DNA of 64,000 nucleotides from Aquiluna sp. (GCA_018402685.1 JAGYIJ010000003.1:49968-113967); one strand, 5' to 3'. Shown: positions 1 to 9,492, counted from the first letter of the stretch. Notes: generated by a model from the sequence alone, not told the origin. Made by a program: numbers and translations.

Positions 1-365
1 ATCCTCTCGAAATGTTTGGTGTTGTTGGTAACCAGGGTAAGGCCCAGTGCGATTGCATGCCCAGCGATCAACTCATCTGAGCTACCTATTGGTTGCCCTA
101 GGCGCCTAAGGCGCTCGTGCACGCCTGCCGCTGCTGTCGCAACATCTGTCGTGACTGGTAACACCAAAGCGTCTGCCAGGAAGGCCGATCCTGCTAACGC
201 TACTCTCGTCCCCGGTAGACGCTCAATACCCTTGGCTATCTCATACGCTGTGACAGCAGAAATGCCCCATGAAGTACTGGGCAATCGAAGAAATCTCTCC
301 AAAATCTCTGGCAGGCTTCTGATGGCAAAAATACAAACATCGCTATCCAGGAGATAGCGATTCAT
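1..365 (-). CDS. vapC: PIN-domain VapC-family toxin (3' end cut by window edge)
   Basis: Not in the ORF track because it runs off the edge. Minus-strand translation from ATG 363-365 gives MNRYLLDSDVCIFAIRS...DELIAGHAIALGLTLVTNNTKHFERI, a PIN pattern (N-terminal D, C-terminal TxNxxHF). The ATG overlaps the antitoxin stop (ATGA). Confidence 0.8.
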   Translation of the reverse strand, partial: MNRYLLDSDVCIFAIRSLPEILERFLRLPSTSWGISAVTAYEIAKGIERLPGTRVALAGSAFLADALVLPVTTDVATAAAGVHERLRRLGQPIGSSDELIAGHAIALGLTLVTNNTKHFER

Positions 366-643
366 TTCATCTCACCATTCCAAAGCTCATCCCAATCAAA
401 GCGCTCAGGCTCAATAGGTCTTTCAGGGATTGGGAACTCTTCCTCTGGAATCGGGGGTTGGGAGGCAAGCCACTCCAAGAGCCGCTTCATTCGCTGGGCT
501 CGGTTGAGCGGGTGGATTTCAACCACACCGTCTTCACGAGCAACCAGGTCAAATTCACCGTCCTCGGGCAGCCAGCCCTTGGGTATGCGAATGGCCCAGC
601 TGCCGCCGTTCTTAAATAGTTTTCTAGTCACCCGCTTAGTCAT
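362..643 (-). CDS. vapB: AbrB/SpoVT-type VapB antitoxin
   Basis: 93 aa. The KLFKNGGSWAIRIPKGW motif is typical of AbrB-fold antitoxins. It has a 4-nt overlap with the downstream PIN gene. Confidence 0.8.
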   Translation of the reverse strand: MTKRVTRKLFKNGGSWAIRIPKGWLPEDGEFDLVAREDGVVEIHPLNRAQRMKRLLEWLASQPPIPEEEFPIPERPIEPERFDWDELWNGEMK

Positions 644-658
644 AACAGAAATCTCCTA

Positions 659-676
659 TCTATACCAAAGTATAGA
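659..676. promoter_or_regulatory. Inverted repeat TCTATAC-N4-GTATAGA, candidate antitoxin operator overlapping a TATACT -10-like hexamer
   Basis: 7-4-7 palindrome read directly, 15 nt upstream of the vapB ATG. Confidence 0.45.
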
Positions 677-682
677 CAGGGG

Positions 683-696
683 ATCTGTGGATAACT
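683..696 (-). promoter_or_regulatory. 14-mer AGTTATCCACAGAT (contains perfect DnaA box TTATCCACA), copy 1
   Basis: Exact 14-mer shared with 45387-45400, 52190-52203 and 52986-52999. It lies 39 nt upstream of the vapB start and overlaps the TAG stop of the gene at 695-1147. Confidence 0.6.
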
Positions 697-1147
697 AGAC
701 GATTGTGATTCCAAGGGCAGTCATGCCCCAGGCAATTCCTATTGCCCAAAGCACCATTGCAATTGAGATAAGCAGCGTTACCTTGAATGGCTTAACCCCC
801 GCGGCAACCGAAGCGGCAGCCGCAAACTGGGTTCCGATGAGGATTGGACCAAGTGCTGCCATCCCAAAGATGCCGTATTTGTCGAAGGCCTTCTGGGCCT
901 TCTCATAGCGACCGGCTTTGGGTTCAATGCCCTTCTTCCTGCGGCGCTCGATCACCCAGCTGCGAATTCGGTCGCCGGCATAGGCAAAGAGTGCGATTGT
1001 GATGATGTTTCCAACCGATGCTGCAATAACCGTCAGCACTGGATCAAGCCCAAACAGGATCCCCACTGGCACAACACCAATGGCCTCAAGCCAGGGGATT
1101 GCGCCCATCAGGAAGATGCCGAAGTAGCCAAGTTGCTCTAGGTTCAC
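695..1147 (-). CDS. Small membrane protein, putative small multidrug-export family (COG2426-like)
   Basis: 150 aa with about 4 TM segments and a central basic loop (ERRRKKGIEPKAGRYEKAQKAFDKYG). Family assigned from memory. Confidence 0.5.
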   Translation of the reverse strand: MNLEQLGYFGIFLMGAIPWLEAIGVVPVGILFGLDPVLTVIAASVGNIITIALFAYAGDRIRSWVIERRRKKGIEPKAGRYEKAQKAFDKYGIFGMAALGPILIGTQFAAAASVAAGVKPFKVTLLISIAMVLWAIGIAWGMTALGITIV

Positions 1148-2310
1148 GATTTCCTTTCAAAGAGTTTTGAGAAGTTGGACAGTAGCGCCTCCATGGGACC
1201 GCGTGAGCGGAACTTGAGGTTTAGCTCTGCTAGGACAGCAAGTCCAAGCCAGGTTGCGGCTGCAATCAGAACAACTCCCAGCAGCGAGATCTCTTGAAAC
1301 AGTCCAAAGCCCCAGGCTGAAAACAGAGTTGAGAACACCAGAGATTGACCGAGGTAGATGGAGAGTGAGTGTCTGCCGGCAGCAGAGAGTGTTGTGAACT
1401 TGAACTTCTGGCTCAGAAGCCATAGGGCTCCAACAATTCCCGCGGACATCAGCGGAGCAGTCATAAAGTTGAGGGTCAAACCGCCCAGATAAAGACTCAG
1501 CCCAAAGTCCTCCGAGCTACTCGACATCAACATCAAATATGCTCCGACCAGCTGGAGCCCAAGCCCAAGGGTTAGACCCCAGATGGCGTAATTCTTCATG
1601 AGCCTGGGAGACAGGTTCTCGGCAAGACCACCCTTGCGAGCCACCAAAACACCAAGCATGAATGCTGCGAGCACCAGTGGTCCCTGCAGGAAGAAACCCT
1701 GAGGCGCAAATATCAACCAGAGCTCTACTCGAGCAGCGGCAGCCTCAAGGAAGTTGCCGTTGCGCAACGCAACATCCAGAACGTCGACATACTCATCAGC
1801 CGGCAGAGACTTGCCCTTGGATGCCAGGAAGAACTCTCCGAGAAGTGCAAAGAGTGAGATTGCAACGAACATCAAGGTGGTGAGGATGTAGATGATCCAG
1901 ATCCAAACCTTGAGGGTTTTCTCCTTGCGGAAGTAAAAAGCAAGCAACAACAGTCCCAACGCTCCGTACAAGAAGAGAATGTCGCCATGGAAGAAGAAGC
2001 TGAAGTGGATTGCCCCAAGCAGCAATAGCCCGATGTTTCTTCCAACAAAGCGCCTTCTGTTGCTCTTTTCAGACTTGATCACGTAGTGAGCGGAGTAGCC
2101 GAACAGGAACGAGAACAAGAGGTAGAACTTGGCCTGGAACAGTGCCCAAACAATAAATGCAACGCTGCCGTTTTCGAACTTGGTTAGATCTAGTGACTCA
2201 GCACCATTGAAAGTGCTGATTGAGAAGTACTGGATGTTTACGATTGCAATGCCAAGGAGTGCAAAGCCGCGCAGTATGTCGGGAAAGCTATCCCTGGTCT
2301 TGAGATTCAT
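1144..2310 (-). CDS. DUF418 (YeiB-like) membrane protein
   Basis: 388 aa, polytopic. N-terminal DILRGFALLGIAIVN motif is typical of the DUF418/YeiB family. Confidence 0.65.
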   Translation of the reverse strand: MNLKTRDSFPDILRGFALLGIAIVNIQYFSISTFNGAESLDLTKFENGSVAFIVWALFQAKFYLLFSFLFGYSAHYVIKSEKSNRRRFVGRNIGLLLLGAIHFSFFFHGDILFLYGALGLLLLAFYFRKEKTLKVWIWIIYILTTLMFVAISLFALLGEFFLASKGKSLPADEYVDVLDVALRNGNFLEAAAARVELWLIFAPQGFFLQGPLVLAAFMLGVLVARKGGLAENLSPRLMKNYAIWGLTLGLGLQLVGAYLMLMSSSSEDFGLSLYLGGLTLNFMTAPLMSAGIVGALWLLSQKFKFTTLSAAGRHSLSIYLGQSLVFSTLFSAWGFGLFQEISLLGVVLIAAATWLGLAVLAELNLKFRSRGPMEALLSNFSKLFERKS

Positions 2311-2398
2311 CTTCGTCTTTCTTTTTGAGAGAGGTCATCGGCACAAAAATTGCAACAAATAGTCCGGCTCCGATTGCGATCCAGATTTCGAGTGGCAT
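2288..2398 (-). CDS. Possible 36-aa single-TM micro-protein (below ORF-track cutoff)
   Basis: MPLEIWIAIGAGLFVAIFVPMTSLKKKDEDESQDQG. Its ATG overlaps the stop of the upstream small ORF (TAATG). Confidence 0.2.
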   Translation of the reverse strand: MPLEIWIAIGAGLFVAIFVPMTSLKKKDEDESQDQG

Positions 2399-2583
2399 TA
2401 GCTCTTCGCCGTTCTCTTGAGCTCTAGGGAAATCATCGCCAGCGAAGGCAGCATGAAGGTGTAGGCGGCAAAGATCCAGAAGATTGCCTGGACCTGGGGC
2501 CAGGTGATAGCCAGCACGTAGTTGAACCCATCTGCATCAGTCTGAAAGTCAGTGAAGATTGCGTAAACCATTAGGGCGGTCAC
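2398..2583 (-). CDS. Hypothetical small membrane protein
   Basis: 61 aa, two hydrophobic segments, no recognisable family. Confidence 0.35.
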   Translation of the reverse strand: MTALMVYAIFTDFQTDADGFNYVLAITWPQVQAIFWIFAAYTFMLPSLAMISLELKRTAKS

Positions 2584-2632
2584 CGCGGCAAATACCGCTG
2601 CCGTAAGCCAGCGGTATGCAACCAGATAGCTC

Positions 2633-3256
2633 CTATTGCGCTGAGCGAATCATCATCTCATCCAGCACGTCATCAGGAGCATCGGCGATGAGTCGCACTG
2701 ACTTTCTGAGCAGGAACCAGAAAACATAAATGAAGAGAATGTGGATCAGTGCGTATGCGGACCAGGCGTTATCGCCAACACCCATCAAAAAGCCGGTGCC
2801 AAACAGAATGACGATATTCGAACCCCAGAGCAAGAACTTCTTTGCTCCTCTGGTTCTGAGCCCATCCCACTTGGTGTCATCGAGCTGCTTCTCAACCGAC
2901 TTTGCAGAAGCCGATGCCCAGGCGGCGTCAGAGCCTGCCATTTGACCTCTGAACATGGCCCAGTACTCCTTGCTCAGGTTTCGAGCCTTTAGATAGAGCA
3001 AGAAGATTGGGACCTCGATCACGGTCATGGCGAGGATGGTGAAGAAGAACCAGTTGGTGTCAAAGAACACAAATCTGAAACTTGGGTCATCGTTCCAAAA
3101 CAGCACCGCAGAGATAGCAACTGGGATGCCGGTGACCAGGATGTCCATCCAAGCCATCAGCTTGACGTTATTGCCAATCACCTTTGGGTAGAACCAGAGA
3201 TAGGCAACCGCCAAGGTTGCCAGGATGTAGAAAACAACTAGTAGTTCGTTGCTCAT
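2633..3256 (-). CDS. Hypothetical polytopic membrane protein, co-transcribed with an XRE regulator
   Basis: 207 aa with about 5 TM segments. 4-nt overlap with the upstream HTH gene. Confidence 0.6.
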   Translation of the reverse strand: MSNELLVVFYILATLAVAYLWFYPKVIGNNVKLMAWMDILVTGIPVAISAVLFWNDDPSFRFVFFDTNWFFFTILAMTVIEVPIFLLYLKARNLSKEYWAMFRGQMAGSDAAWASASAKSVEKQLDDTKWDGLRTRGAKKFLLWGSNIVILFGTGFLMGVGDNAWSAYALIHILFIYVFWFLLRKSVRLIADAPDDVLDEMMIRSAQ

Positions 3257-3489
3257 GCTTCTTCCTCATCAAGCCAGAAGATCTCTTCGACACTGGCGCC
3301 TAGAACCGAGGCAATCTTGAGAGCAAGCACCAAAGATGGCGAATACTCTCCGCGCTCGATATAACCGATGGTTTGGTAGTGGACGTCAACCTGGTCGGCT
3401 AGCTCCTGGCGAGTGAGCCCGGCCGCATTGCGAAGTTCTTCGATGCGGTTGGCTACCTGCTCTTGCTCAGCCTTTGGTTTACGACCCAT
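3253..3489 (-). CDS. XRE-family helix-turn-helix transcriptional regulator
   Basis: 78 aa. LTRQELADQVDVHYQTIGYIERGEYSPSL is a classic HTH_3 signature. Confidence 0.85.
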   Translation of the reverse strand: MGRKPKAEQEQVANRIEELRNAAGLTRQELADQVDVHYQTIGYIERGEYSPSLVLALKIASVLGASVEEIFWLDEEEA

Positions 3490-3528
3490 GGATGTAGCAT
3501 AAATGCTATGTAGTAATAATGCAACAAT

Positions 3529-3939
3529 CTATTGCAACCAGTTTTGAACTCGAAGGCCCGGTACTCGATTGAAGTGCTTGTGATTGTTGGTGACGATTGG
3601 AACTTCAAGGCTTAGCGCGTGAGCGGCAATCAGCGTGTCAGCAAACCCAATCGGTGTCTGCCTGAGGTCATCAGAGGCAAGTAGTTGAGCCGCTTCGACC
3701 GATGCGGCATGATCGAACTCAATCACCCAAGCACTGGCAATGAGACTCAGGGTTAGCCCCCTAATACGCTCGGACCTTGCAACCCTCGCATACCTGCCCA
3801 GCTCAACCGCCGTGATAGCAGATATGGCCCAGGTCTCTGAATACTGCAACAACTTTGAATTGAGCTTCGAGTTACCACGGAGCGCAAGGCTAAGAATATC
3901 TGTGTCGACCAGCAGTCTGGGACTAGTCCTCGAGTTCAA
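3529..3939 (-). CDS. vapC: PIN-domain VapC-family toxin
   Basis: 136 aa. LLVDTDILS at the N-terminus and IVTNNHKHFNRV at the C-terminus. Confidence 0.85.
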   Translation of the reverse strand: MNSRTSPRLLVDTDILSLALRGNSKLNSKLLQYSETWAISAITAVELGRYARVARSERIRGLTLSLIASAWVIEFDHAASVEAAQLLASDDLRQTPIGFADTLIAAHALSLEVPIVTNNHKHFNRVPGLRVQNWLQ

Positions 3940-4201
3940 TTAGCGCCTCCCAACCAGGTCTCGGCGAATCGGGAACAGGGTCAAGCGTCGGCCACTCATC
4001 CTCCGGGATTGGTCCTAGTTTCTCGACGAGGGCAAAGAAGTTCTCCATCGGCCTGGGATGCCGCTGGGTAACGACCAGTGCGTTCAGAGTCTCATCGAAC
4101 CGAACAAACACCTCATCGGCATCAAAGCGCCACTGCGCTGGGATGCGAATTGCTTGGGAGCCGCCATTTTTAAAGATCTTGGCTTTGTGGATTTCTTGCA
4201 T
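3923..4201 (-). CDS. vapB: AbrB/SpoVT-type VapB antitoxin
   Basis: KIFKNGGSQAIRIPAQW motif. Start moved to the ATG at 4201 (MQEIHKAK...), which is preceded by a GGGAGG RBS. The track ORF extends to 4249. Confidence 0.8.
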   Translation of the reverse strand: MQEIHKAKIFKNGGSQAIRIPAQWRFDADEVFVRFDETLNALVVTQRHPRPMENFFALVEKLGPIPEDEWPTLDPVPDSPRPGWEALIELED

Positions 4202-4298
4202 CTTTGCCTCCCAGGAAGTTGTAGATGCATAAAGTATAGATGTATTCATACAAGCCAGTTTGGCAAGATTTCCTGAACCAAGAAGTGAGAGTTTTGAA

Positions 4299-4312
4299 AG
4301 CTGTGGATTAGT
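4299..4312 (-). promoter_or_regulatory. Degenerate copy (11/14) of the DnaA-box 14-mer (ACTAATCCACAGCT)
   Basis: 97 nt upstream of the vapB start at 4201, in the same orientation as the operon. An 11/14 match is not significant on its own (about 5 expected by chance in this window). Confidence 0.25.
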
Positions 4313-4433
4313 TGAACTTTTTCAGGGTTGTGTGAATCTTCTGCGCCCACGGATACCTAGAGGACATAGCCCCCAAGATCGCAATCAGAATTGGAAACCA
4401 GAATTTTTTTAGCACCCACAAAAAGATCTTCAA
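4308..4433 (-). CDS. Possible 41-aa membrane micro-protein (TTG start)
   Basis: KIFLWVLKKFWFPILIAILGAMSSRYPWAQKIHTTLKKFN. Below the ORF-track cutoff and speculative. Confidence 0.2.
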   Translation of the reverse strand: MKIFLWVLKKFWFPILIAILGAMSSRYPWAQKIHTTLKKFN

Positions 4434-4702
4434 AGCTCCGCCTCCATCGCACTGAACACCCGCTGTTCATCAATGCGCCAAAACGCCAGCTGCCTGCCAT
4501 TCAGTAACAGCACCGGAACCTCTTCGGAGTACTTGGCCAATAGCTCTGGATCCTGATCAACATCCAGCCGCTCTACCTGGTAACCAACATCGGGATACTC
4601 GGCGCTAAAGCGCCCAATTACCCGAGCCAGTGCATCCTCTGCGACATCGCAAAGGTGGCATCCGGAGCGCGAGATCATGGTTAGCGTTAGTTGAACAGAC
4701 AC
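4430..4702 (-). CDS. Glutaredoxin-like thioredoxin-fold protein (DUF836-like)
   Basis: 90 aa with a CHLC redox motif, about the size of the actinobacterial glutaredoxin-like family. Confidence 0.65.
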   Translation of the reverse strand: MSVQLTLTMISRSGCHLCDVAEDALARVIGRFSAEYPDVGYQVERLDVDQDPELLAKYSEEVPVLLLNGRQLAFWRIDEQRVFSAMEAEL

Positions 4703-4739
4703 CCGATAAGACTATGGCAACCGCCCTTAGTTCTAGACT

Positions 4740-5453
4740 GTGCAAATGCCGAAAAACGAAGCCAAGCCCCCAAAGATTGAGGCGGCCTTTTTCGACGTTG
4801 ACAACACTCTGGTTTGTGGCTCAACATCTATCCTTTTTGGCAAGGTCGCCTTTGCCGGCGGAGCCATCAGGCGACGCGACATCTGGAGATTTGCCTACGA
4901 GCAAATCATGTTTATCCGCCGCGGCGAAAGCAACAGCAAGATGGCAGATTTCAAGGATCGGGCTCTGTCGATAACCAAGGGTCACCCCATCCAAGAGCTT
5001 CGAGATCTGATGCCAAAGGTCTATGAGCAGGAAATCAAACCAAGGCTCTGGCCCGGCACCGTAAGGGCCGTAAAGGAACACCTCGCGCTCGGTCACGAGG
5101 TTTGGCTAATCACCGCAGCCCCGCAAGAGCTTGCTCAGCAGATTGCGGACGATCTGGGTGCCACCGGCGCTCTTGGAACCATCGTCGGGCACAAAGACGG
5201 CGTGCTCACCGGAGAGCTGGTTGGTCAACCGCTTCACGGCCAAGCCAAGCGCAAGGCAGCCAGAAAGCTTGCCAAGGAGCGAAGCATCAGCCTCAAGCGC
5301 TCTTTTGCCTACTCAGACTCCGTAAACGATTTGCCACTACTGACTTTGGTGGGAAACCCTGTGGTCGTAAATCCCGACAAGGCCCTCAAGAGATATGCCG
5401 ATGCCGCCGGTTGGGACATTCTGAGATTCAAGCGCAAAGAACTGCGCAAATAG
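4740..5453 (+). CDS. HAD-IB family hydrolase (SerB-like phosphatase)
   Basis: 237 aa. FFDVDNTL (motif I), LITAAP, and SDSVNDLPLL (motif IV). Confidence 0.8.
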   Translation: MQMPKNEAKPPKIEAAFFDVDNTLVCGSTSILFGKVAFAGGAIRRRDIWRFAYEQIMFIRRGESNSKMADFKDRALSITKGHPIQELRDLMPKVYEQEIKPRLWPGTVRAVKEHLALGHEVWLITAAPQELAQQIADDLGATGALGTIVGHKDGVLTGELVGQPLHGQAKRKAARKLAKERSISLKRSFAYSDSVNDLPLLTLVGNPVVVNPDKALKRYADAAGWDILRFKRKELRK

Positions 5454-5458
5454 AAAAA

Positions 5459-5476
5459 CCCGCCCCTTGGGGCGGG
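5459..5476 (-). terminator. Intrinsic terminator hairpin for the bS22 gene
   Basis: CCCGCC/GGCGGG stem. On the minus strand it is followed by a T5 tract (A5 at 5454-5458 on the plus strand). It sits between convergent genes. Confidence 0.6.
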
Positions 5477-5488
5477 TAGTTCAAAGAC

Positions 5489-5587
5489 TTACTTCTTGTT
5501 GCGACGCTGGTGGCGAGTCTTGCGAAGTAGCTTGCGGTGCTTCTTCTTCGACATACGCTTGCGGCGCTTTTTGATTACTGAACCCAA
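5489..5587 (-). CDS. 30S ribosomal protein bS22 (actinobacterial 32-aa basic peptide)
   Basis: Not in the ORF track (too short). TTG start. Translation (M)[31 protein letters not shown] matches the conserved actinobacterial bS22 sequence as I recall it. Confidence 0.8.
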   Translation of the reverse strand: MGSVIKKRRKRMSKKKHRKLLRKTRHQRRNKK

Positions 5588-5635
5588 TAGAACCTCACAA
5601 AACTTAGTTTTGTCCGAACGGACAACCCCAATACT

Positions 5636-5923
5636 CTAGCCCTTGCGCTTCAGTCGCTCAACCTCTGCATCGATATCTGCTTCGGTGATGACTTTCTTCA
5701 GGCCAGGCCCGTAGGCATCAATCCACTGGAAGTAGGCACCGATTCCCATCCCGCCAATTGCAAAGATGGGCCAGAAGAAAGAATTTGGTGAAGCCCAAAA
5801 CCAGATCACGCTTAGAAGTGCTGAGACAAATGCCCAGACAAACAAAAACTGCTTGAACTCCTGCTGGTTTTTTAGTCGCTTCTTCGCATACTCGCGAAGA
5901 GCGTCTTGCTCAGATGTCGCCAT
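5636..5923 (-). CDS. 2TM-domain membrane protein
   Basis: 95 aa. Two TM helices flanked by charged helices, downstream of an ArsR regulator. Confidence 0.55.
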   Translation of the reverse strand: MATSEQDALREYAKKRLKNQQEFKQFLFVWAFVSALLSVIWFWASPNSFFWPIFAIGGMGIGAYFQWIDAYGPGLKKVITEADIDAEVERLKRKG

Positions 5924-6528
5924 TACTGCTTTCTTACCTTTGCCTTTACTTCCTCGGCGAAGTGAGTTGCCTCAGTGCGAACATCGTCGACAACCTCTTC
6001 AACCTTTTGTTTTGCAATCTTCTCGAAGTCCTTCACCGAGGTTTCGGTCTCGGTCTTCACGTCCGCAAGTTTGCGGCCAAGACGCTTGCCCAAGTCCTTT
6101 GGATCAAAATCAACATCTAGCTCATCGGCACGAGCCTTGAGCTCGGACGCTAACCAGCCGGCGCGCTCTGTGATCCAGTGCCCGAGCTTTTCGCCCGCAG
6201 CGGAGAGGTTCTGCGCTAGCTCTTCACCCTCCTCCGCCTCAGCATCAAAGCCGAGCGAGAGGAAGTTGATCATCCAGTCTTCGATCTCCTCAAGTGGCTC
6301 GGGAGTGACCGAGTAATAGCGCTTCTGGCCCTCTTCGCGAGCTGACACCAGGCCAACTTCGCGCAAGGTCTTCAGGTGCTTGGAAACTGTTGGCTGACCA
6401 AAACCGGTCTTCTCCACAAGCTCGGTGACTGTGAGTTCTCCGGGGCCGCCAGCCAGAGAGGAGGACAAAATTGTCTCCATAAGTTGACGTCTGGTTGGGT
6501 CTGCAATTGCTTCAAATATGTCTGCCAT
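5923..6528 (-). CDS. ArsR-family winged-helix regulator with a long acidic/coiled C-terminal extension
   Basis: 201 aa. N-terminus IFEAIADPTRRQLMETIL...ELVEKTGFGQPTVSKHLKTLREVGLV. Confidence 0.8.
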   Translation of the reverse strand: MADIFEAIADPTRRQLMETILSSSLAGGPGELTVTELVEKTGFGQPTVSKHLKTLREVGLVSAREEGQKRYYSVTPEPLEEIEDWMINFLSLGFDAEAEEGEELAQNLSAAGEKLGHWITERAGWLASELKARADELDVDFDPKDLGKRLGRKLADVKTETETSVKDFEKIAKQKVEEVVDDVRTEATHFAEEVKAKVRKQ

Positions 6529-6537
6529 GGAATAAGC

Positions 6538-7368
6538 CTATTGCGTTGAGCTTGCAATTTCCTCTGCTCTTTTCACAGCCGCCAATAACCCGGCTTCAAA
6601 TATCGATTTCAGTTTCGCCTGATCAAAGGTCTCGATGATCTTTGCGGTCGTGCCGCCGGGGCTGGTGACATTTTGTCTAAGCTCGCTGGGCTCACTATCG
6701 CCATTGGCAAGCAGATCAAGCGCGCCATCGAAGGTGCCACGCACCATCATCTCGGCTTGCTCTTTGGTGAAGCCCTTATCTATTGCAATCGCCTCCCACT
6801 GCTCGATGAAGTAATAGACCCAGGCTGGCCCGGAGCCAGAGATGGCAGAGAGTGCATTTATCTGACTCTCGGGAATCTCAATTACCGCACCAACTGATGC
6901 AAACAACTCTCCAGCTGCCAGCATCGCCTCCCTAGAGCAGTTGACACCAGCGCTAATGCCGGTGACCCCTTTCCCCACCAGTGCCGGAGTATTGGGCATC
7001 GAGCGCACCAGGTTTGGGTTATCCGGGAGCGAAGCGGCCATGGTCTCAAGAGAAACCCCCGCGGCCATCGAGATCACAACTGCATTGTTGGCAATCTCGC
7101 CCTTGAGCTCTGCGAGCGTCTCCACAATTTGATAGGGCTTCACTCCAAGAACGATCAGATCGGCATCGCCCGCCAAAAGTGAATTGGCATCAGCCGACTC
7201 TTCGAGCGCCATTGCGCTTACGCCAAGCTGCCTCAGCGCTGAAGCGCTGAGTGATGATTTTGTGGTGGCAGAAATCTGAGCCGGTGGATGCCCCGCTGCC
7301 AGCAGCCCCTTTAGGACAGCCGATCCCATTGAACCGGTCCCGATAAATGAAACTCTGAGGTTGTCCAT
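6538..7368 (-). CDS. proC: Pyrroline-5-carboxylate reductase
   Basis: 276 aa. FIGTGSMGSAV Rossmann motif and the C-terminal VTSPGGTTA signature. Confidence 0.9.
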   Translation of the reverse strand: MDNLRVSFIGTGSMGSAVLKGLLAAGHPPAQISATTKSSLSASALRQLGVSAMALEESADANSLLAGDADLIVLGVKPYQIVETLAELKGEIANNAVVISMAAGVSLETMAASLPDNPNLVRSMPNTPALVGKGVTGISAGVNCSREAMLAAGELFASVGAVIEIPESQINALSAISGSGPAWVYYFIEQWEAIAIDKGFTKEQAEMMVRGTFDGALDLLANGDSEPSELRQNVTSPGGTTAKIIETFDQAKLKSIFEAGLLAAVKRAEEIASSTQ

Positions 7369-7378
7369 CTACAAAATC

Positions 7379-8104
7379 CTAGGCTCCGGGCAGAAAGTCT
7401 GCGATAAGTGGGTAGCCAACAAACACCGCGGTGTTCATTGTGGTGTGGGCAATGATCAGTGGCGCAACCCTGCCGGTTCGATAGAACATGTAGCCAAAGA
7501 CCAGGCCCATTACGAAGTTTCCGACAAAGGCGCTGTAGCCCTGGTAGAGGTGGTAGCTGGCCCTAAACAGAGAGGCGATCACGATGATCGCCCAGATGCT
7601 GTAGCCGGGTTTGATCAGACCCAGTTTTTTGAAAAAGAAGCCAACCGCGATGATCTCTTCCTGCAATCCGGCTCGCAGCGCAGAGAGCACCAACACCGGA
7701 ATCGTCCACCAGTAATCCCCCAAGGAACTTGGCACCACTCGAGCCGTTAGCCCAAGCTCGAGGGCCAAGACATAAAGCCCGATGCCCGGCACCCCAACCA
7801 AGATCGGTAACCCCAATCCCAACAGCCAATCCTTGGCCTTGGGAATCACACCAATCTTGATGCCGTCCAAAGACAGGAAGTAGAGCGCCAACAAGACCGG
7901 GACAAGGGCCAAAGTGATTTGAGCCAATTGGCTTACCAAATCCAACCAGGGAACCTGAGCCAGCGGCCGATTTATGGTCGTGACGCTTCCAGCGACCCCG
8001 ACTTCGCTCGTGAGTTTGCGCAAAAAACTCAGCACTGAGTAGATGCTGCTGGCACCCAAGGAGACCATCAGCACTAACCAGAACTCGAATGAGTGCCTTC
8101 GCAT
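7379..8104 (-). CDS. CPBP (CAAX) family intramembrane metalloprotease
   Basis: EEIIAVGFFF (EExxxR-like) and a C-terminal H...N motif (IIAHTTMN). Start trimmed to MRRHSFEF at 8104. The track ORF runs to 8272 and would overlap radA. Confidence 0.7.
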   Translation of the reverse strand: MRRHSFEFWLVLMVSLGASSIYSVLSFLRKLTSEVGVAGSVTTINRPLAQVPWLDLVSQLAQITLALVPVLLALYFLSLDGIKIGVIPKAKDWLLGLGLPILVGVPGIGLYVLALELGLTARVVPSSLGDYWWTIPVLVLSALRAGLQEEIIAVGFFFKKLGLIKPGYSIWAIIVIASLFRASYHLYQGYSAFVGNFVMGLVFGYMFYRTGRVAPLIIAHTTMNTAVFVGYPLIADFLPGA

Positions 8105-8175
8105 TTTCACCTCAGCGGTCAGAAAGTTGTTGGAACGCAAGTTTAGGTGGGGGTGGTGCAGGGTAGTTTTAGAAA

Positions 8176-9483
8176 ATGGCCAAGACCAAGATCGATTACC
8201 GCTGCAGCGAGTGCGGGTGGTCCACCCCAAAATGGGCAGGACAGTGCGCAAGCTGCCAAGCCTGGGGAACACTCGCCGAGCAAAGCGGCATCTCGAAAGC
8301 CAAAGTTGTCAACATCTCGCAGTCGAATGCCGCCAAGCCAATCACCGAGATTGAAACCACCACCGATGGCTACACCCCAACCACCGTCTCGGAGTTCGAC
8401 CGAGTTCTTGGCGGTGGATTGGTGGCAGGAGCGGCCATATTGCTCTCCGGTGAGCCCGGGGTGGGCAAGTCCACACTTCTCTTAGAGGTTGCATCCAGGC
8501 TGGCTAAGACCGGCAAGAAGGTGCTTTACATTTCAGCCGAGGAATCGGTAAGCCAGGTAAAGCTTCGGGCTCAGCGCACCGGAGCAGTCTCTGAGAACCT
8601 CTACCTCGCATCCGAAACCGACCTCGGTAGCGTGCTGGGTCAATTCGAAGCCGTTAGACCGGAATTGATGATCGTGGACTCTGTGCAAACGGTCGCGAGC
8701 ACGGAGATCGATGGTTCTGCGGGGATGCCCGCCCAGGTCAGAGAGGTCGCGGGAAACCTGATTCGCCTCGCGAAACAAAACTCGGTTCCAGTCATGCTCG
8801 TGGGTCACGTCACCAAAGATGGTTCGATTGCCGGACCCAGAACCTTAGAGCACTTGGTGGATGTGGTGTGTCACTTCGAGGGCGATCGACAGACCGCACT
8901 GCGCTTTGTTCGAACCCTAAAAAACCGCTTTGGTCCAACCGATGAGGTTGGCTGCTTTGAGATGAGTGGGGATGGCATCTTGGAGGTTCCAGACCCGAGC
9001 GCACTGTTTGTCTCCGAGAATCAGTCCAATACCTCCGGAAGCTGCATCACAGTGACCGTAGAGGGACGCAGAGCCCTCCGAGCAGAGATCCAGGCCCTGG
9101 TGGTCCGCTCCAGCACCCCTCAACCAAGAAGAGTCACCAACGGTGTCGACAGCTCAAGAGTTGCAATGCTGCTTGCAGTATTGGAACGCAGAGCTGGCAT
9201 CTCGCTGGCCGACAAGGATGTCTATGTCTCGACGGTTGGTGGAATGAGAATCACTGAGCCGGCTGCCGATCTGGCTATTGCAATCGCGATTGCCTCTGCC
9301 GTTACGGATAAGGCTGTTCCCAATCAAGTGGCAGCCTTTGGCGAGATCTCGCTCTCGGGAGAGGTTCGCGGCGTTACCAACTCCAAACAGCGCATCAGCG
9401 AGGCGGGCAGACTCGGTCACAAGACCATCGTGGATTCGGGCAGCAAGCAACTCAAAAAGGCTATTGGGTTAGCGCTTGGTTAG
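8176..9483 (+). CDS. radA: DNA repair protein RadA/Sms
   Basis: 435 aa. Zn finger CSECGWSTPKWAGQCASC, Walker A GEPGVGKST, KNRFG motif and a Lon-like C-terminal domain. Confidence 0.95.
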   Translation: MAKTKIDYRCSECGWSTPKWAGQCASCQAWGTLAEQSGISKAKVVNISQSNAAKPITEIETTTDGYTPTTVSEFDRVLGGGLVAGAAILLSGEPGVGKSTLLLEVASRLAKTGKKVLYISAEESVSQVKLRAQRTGAVSENLYLASETDLGSVLGQFEAVRPELMIVDSVQTVASTEIDGSAGMPAQVREVAGNLIRLAKQNSVPVMLVGHVTKDGSIAGPRTLEHLVDVVCHFEGDRQTALRFVRTLKNRFGPTDEVGCFEMSGDGILEVPDPSALFVSENQSNTSGSCITVTVEGRRALRAEIQALVVRSSTPQPRRVTNGVDSSRVAMLLAVLERRAGISLADKDVYVSTVGGMRITEPAADLAIAIAIASAVTDKAVPNQVAAFGEISLSGEVRGVTNSKQRISEAGRLGHKTIVDSGSKQLKKAIGLALG

Positions 9484-9492
9484 ATCAGCTGG